A DNA stretch of 64,000 nucleotides from Synechococcus sp. (GTDB lineage Bacteria > Cyanobacteriota > Cyanobacteriia > PCC-6307 > Cyanobiaceae): contig JBJBDL010000003.1 of the NCBI GenBank assembly GCA_047285305.1, forward strand, positions 1,952,001-2,016,000, in the 5' to 3' direction. The notes under the pieces are model-generated. The model did no database searches. It was not told where the DNA came from and saw nothing but the letters and a program-made list of their open reading frames with translations. This document shows, piece after piece, positions 61,093-64,000 of the stretch. Made by a program: the position numbers and the translations under genes. Every line of letters starts with the position of its first letter. Within the stretch, counting starts at the first letter, position 1.

Positions 61093-62922
61093 TCAATACC
61101 GCTCCGGGCGCGGCTCCTCCCAGTTGGCATTGACGCCATCGGCCTTCAGGTTTTGTGCCCGTCGCTCAAGGCGACTGCGGTCCAGACGCCACACGTCGTA
61201 GATCCCGATCTGTCCCAGCAGCTCAGGCTGCAGGTCGCTCCAATGATCTCGTTCTGCCGTACCGCGATCGATCAGCACCAGCACGGTTCTGGATGCAGCC
61301 GGGCTCCCGAGGGGATATCCACTCCAGCCGCGTCGCTGTTCATGGGCCAGGCGATCAGCAATGTTGACCAACGCCCTATTGGATTGGCCTTCGTAAAGGA
61401 TCACCTGACCTGTGTAGAAGTGCAGCGAAGGCTTCATGGCGCCAACCATGACAATGGGCTCTCCACTGCGCTGCTGCGACAACATCAGTGAAGCCGCGTC
61501 ACGCACGGGCTGCTGACGCAGACGATCGGCGAGTTCGGCGATGGGAACCAGAGCCGTGAGATGAAATCCGAGCAGACAGCCCTGCATGGCCAGCAAGGCC
61601 TGAGCGGCAGCACGACGCTGAAGCAACAGACAGGCTCCAAGCGAGGCTGCAGCGCTGAACCAGATCGCAGCCCACTTCAACAGACCGCTGGCGAGCACAT
61701 CCACCGACAGCGTCGGCATCTCCGGATCCTCGATCAAGGGAACCCAGAGCGATCCCAGCCAGAACCCAGCGGCCAGGACGGCGATCAAAGCCAGGCAAGT
61801 TCCCCAGGCCATCCGTTGCCAGCGCGATGAGCCCACCGTGGCCTGGGCTACCAACAAAGCCGCCGCGGGAGTGGCAGGCAACCAATAACTGGGAAGCTTG
61901 GTGGCTGCGGTGGTGAACAGCAGAAGCACCGCCAACAGCCAGCACGCTGCGAATTGATGCAACGAATGCTCAGGAGCGATCCTCGATCGGGGCACCCGCG
62001 CCAGGCCAATCAGCAGGTAGGGCGTGAAGGGCAGGGCAGCCACGAGCATCACCGGGCCGAAAAACCACCAGGGCTGCAGGTGATCGTTCACCACGGAGGT
62101 GAAGCGTTGAAGATTGTGGTAGCCGAAAAAGCTGTCCCAGAAGGGCTGTCCTTCGACCAGCAATTCCAGGACGTACCAGGGAAGGCTGATCAGAGCGGTG
62201 AGCAACAACCCTGGCAACGGGCGCAACCGCCGCCAGGGTTGAACGAGATCCCGTCGCAACGCTCCGAACATCAGCAGAGCGAGACCTGACAGCACCACGG
62301 CGACAGGTCCCTTGGCCAGCACTGCGCATCCGAGGATTACCCAGGCTGGCCACCAGGCCACCTCTTGGGGAGCGGCAAAACGCCTCCACTGCAGCAACAG
62401 GCTGAGACCGAGCAGGCCACACAGCAGGGCATCACTCACCGCGGTGCGGCTCCAGACGAGCACCAGCGGCGAGAAGGCAAACGCCAGCGGGGCAATCAAA
62501 GCCGTCAAACGTGGACGCTCATCGCCGGAGAACGGCCAGCGCAGCACCGTATCGGCGAGGCCAAGCATCAGCCCGACCGTGGCCAGGGCGGAAGGAAGCC
62601 GTGCCGCCCAACTGCCGAGAGGATCCCAAGCCTCGCGTCCGGGCCAGGTATAGCCAAACCCCATCAGCCAATAGACCAGGGGCGGTTTGTCGTAACGGGG
62701 CAAGCCGTTCACCCGAGGAGTCAGCCAGTCGCCGGTGTCAGCCATGGCCCGTCCGGCTGCGGCAAACAACGGCGGAGTTTCATCCACAACGCCGGTGGAT
62801 CCCAGCCGCCAAAAGGTGATGACGAGTCCCAGGGTCAGCACAAGTGCCAGAAGCTGGCGTCGCTGGCGTCCTGAAACATTGACCGACAAGGGACCCTCAG
62901 CTCCTGCGGTTGATGCTGACAT
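61093..62922 (-). CDS. ArnT/GT39-83 family glycosyltransferase
   Basis: DET...AA.R.M..TGDW.TPRVNG.PRYDKPPL.YW, LAKGP, TKLPSY. Confidence 0.92.
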   Translation of the reverse strand: MSASTAGAEGPLSVNVSGRQRRQLLALVLTLGLVITFWRLGSTGVVDETPPLFAAAGRAMADTGDWLTPRVNGLPRYDKPPLVYWLMGFGYTWPGREAWDPLGSWAARLPSALATVGLMLGLADTVLRWPFSGDERPRLTALIAPLAFAFSPLVLVWSRTAVSDALLCGLLGLSLLLQWRRFAAPQEVAWWPAWVILGCAVLAKGPVAVVLSGLALLMFGALRRDLVQPWRRLRPLPGLLLTALISLPWYVLELLVEGQPFWDSFFGYHNLQRFTSVVNDHLQPWWFFGPVMLVAALPFTPYLLIGLARVPRSRIAPEHSLHQFAACWLLAVLLLFTTAATKLPSYWLPATPAAALLVAQATVGSSRWQRMAWGTCLALIAVLAAGFWLGSLWVPLIEDPEMPTLSVDVLASGLLKWAAIWFSAAASLGACLLLQRRAAAQALLAMQGCLLGFHLTALVPIAELADRLRQQPVRDAASLMLSQQRSGEPIVMVGAMKPSLHFYTGQVILYEGQSNRALVNIADRLAHEQRRGWSGYPLGSPAASRTVLVLIDRGTAERDHWSDLQPELLGQIGIYDVWRLDRSRLERRAQNLKADGVNANWEEPRPERY

Positions 62923-64000
62923 CCGCCATCAGTCCTGTTCGAACCCACGATTCAACTCGCTGACTGAAGACCTCACAGGAGGCATGCTCCTCAACCCAGC
63001 TGCGGCAGAGGGAGCGCTCGATGCTGTCGACGCGCCGAATAGCCTCCGTGAGGGCAGCGACATCGTCAGGCGGCACCAACCAGCCTGTGCGACCGGAACA
63101 GATCAGCTCCCCCGGTCCACCACGGTCATAGGCGACGACCGGAACACCACAGGCCAGGGCTTCAACAACAACATTGCCGTAGGCCTCATTCCATTTCGGC
63201 GTGTTGATCAGAGCCCGGCAGTGGCCCATCTCTTGCTGAAGCTCCCGGGTCGATCGAAATCCACGCCAGTCGATCGTGCCCTTGGGAACACTCGTCTCAA
63301 CCTGCCGCGCATAGGCATCGTCCTCGCGCAACCCCCAAACCAGAAGCTGCTCACCCAACGCAGCAGCTGCAGCTGCTGCATCCTCCAGCCCCTTTTCCGG
63401 AGCGATGCGGCCCGCCCAGCCCAGGGGGCCATCGGTCTGGCGCTGAAAGCTGTAGTTGCTGAGATCAAACCCATTACCCACCACATTGGCGGGAGAAGGC
63501 AGCCGGAAATCAGCGGCCTGGCGGTGTGTGTGAAAAGCAAGGCGACGGGAATCCCAGGAGGCGACGGCTTCGATCACATCGCGCATCACCGCAGCCACAT
63601 CCCCCATGCTCACGAGATGAAAGAGCCTGGCGCTGACCCGTTGCGTCAGCCACAGCGGCAGCCAGTCGTAGCCACCGTTGATCACGGCGTCGGCGGACTT
63701 ACCCACATCGAGCGCGGCCTCCCAGAGAGCCGGCAGAAGACCGTTGCGGGGAATTTCGACCGAGGCATGCTCAGCGGCGTGCTGCCAGCTGGGCTGGTTC
63801 ACACCCTCCACCTCCAGCAACTCAACTCCGCTGCAGTCGGCGGGGAGCGTGGAGCCCTTGGCGGCCACAACCGTGAGCCTGTGGCCGCGCCTCACCAACC
63901 CCTGCACCAAGGATCGGAGGGTGAGCTCCACACCTCCACCCTCGCCACTGCCGAGGGCCCCGATGGGCGTGTTGACGATGACGAGGTGAAGCGGCGACAC
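62897..64000 (-). CDS. Glycosyltransferase family 4 (start at window edge)
   Basis: GRIAPEKG, EAYGNVVVEALACGVPVV..GG..E. Confidence 0.92.
   Translation of the reverse strand: MSPLHLVIVNTPIGALGSGEGGGVELTLRSLVQGLVRRGHRLTVVAAKGSTLPADCSGVELLEVEGVNQPSWQHAAEHASVEIPRNGLLPALWEAALDVGKSADAVINGGYDWLPLWLTQRVSARLFHLVSMGDVAAVMRDVIEAVASWDSRRLAFHTHRQAADFRLPSPANVVGNGFDLSNYSFQRQTDGPLGWAGRIAPEKGLEDAAAAAAALGEQLLVWGLREDDAYARQVETSVPKGTIDWRGFRSTRELQQEMGHCRALINTPKWNEAYGNVVVEALACGVPVVAYDRGGPGELICSGRTGWLVPPDDVAALTEAIRRVDSIERSLCRSWVEEHASCEVFSQRVESWVRTGLMADVSINRRS

Overview
This window is from a GC-rich marine picocyanobacterial chromosome, almost certainly marine Synechococcus (Hcp/PSHCP, psaFJ, petCA, ctaABCDE, ndhB, hli). 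About 90% is syntenic core genome: hemL end, yajQ, map, rplS, tRNA-Trp/Asp/Val, gltX, wecB, tsaD, gmk, tatC, lgt, cobM, ppx, ispD, fabG, groEL2, nanE, the cox cluster, cobT, topA, ndhB, birA and vipp1. The accessory part is a ~4.5-kb AT-rich island (2054-6728) bounded by a 146-bp direct repeat that duplicates the 5' end of a small protein-coding gene rather than a tRNA. It carries a C-terminally truncated tyrosine integrase, four alternately oriented genes for predicted exported proteins (one CsgG/HfaB-like, two apparent paralogs) and a translationally coupled pair of ribbon-helix-helix-like microgenes. A nucleoside-salvage trio (cdd, deoxyribosyltransferase, PRTase) abuts the island. Two unlinked type IV pilus genes (ebsA, pilT) are multiply inactivated pseudogenes. 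There are also two recent tandem duplications: a 114-bp x ~3.9 coding repeat, and a perfect 115-bp duplication that separates two overlapping convergent gene ends. All family assignments come from motif recognition by eye, not database searches. Start codons are best guesses.
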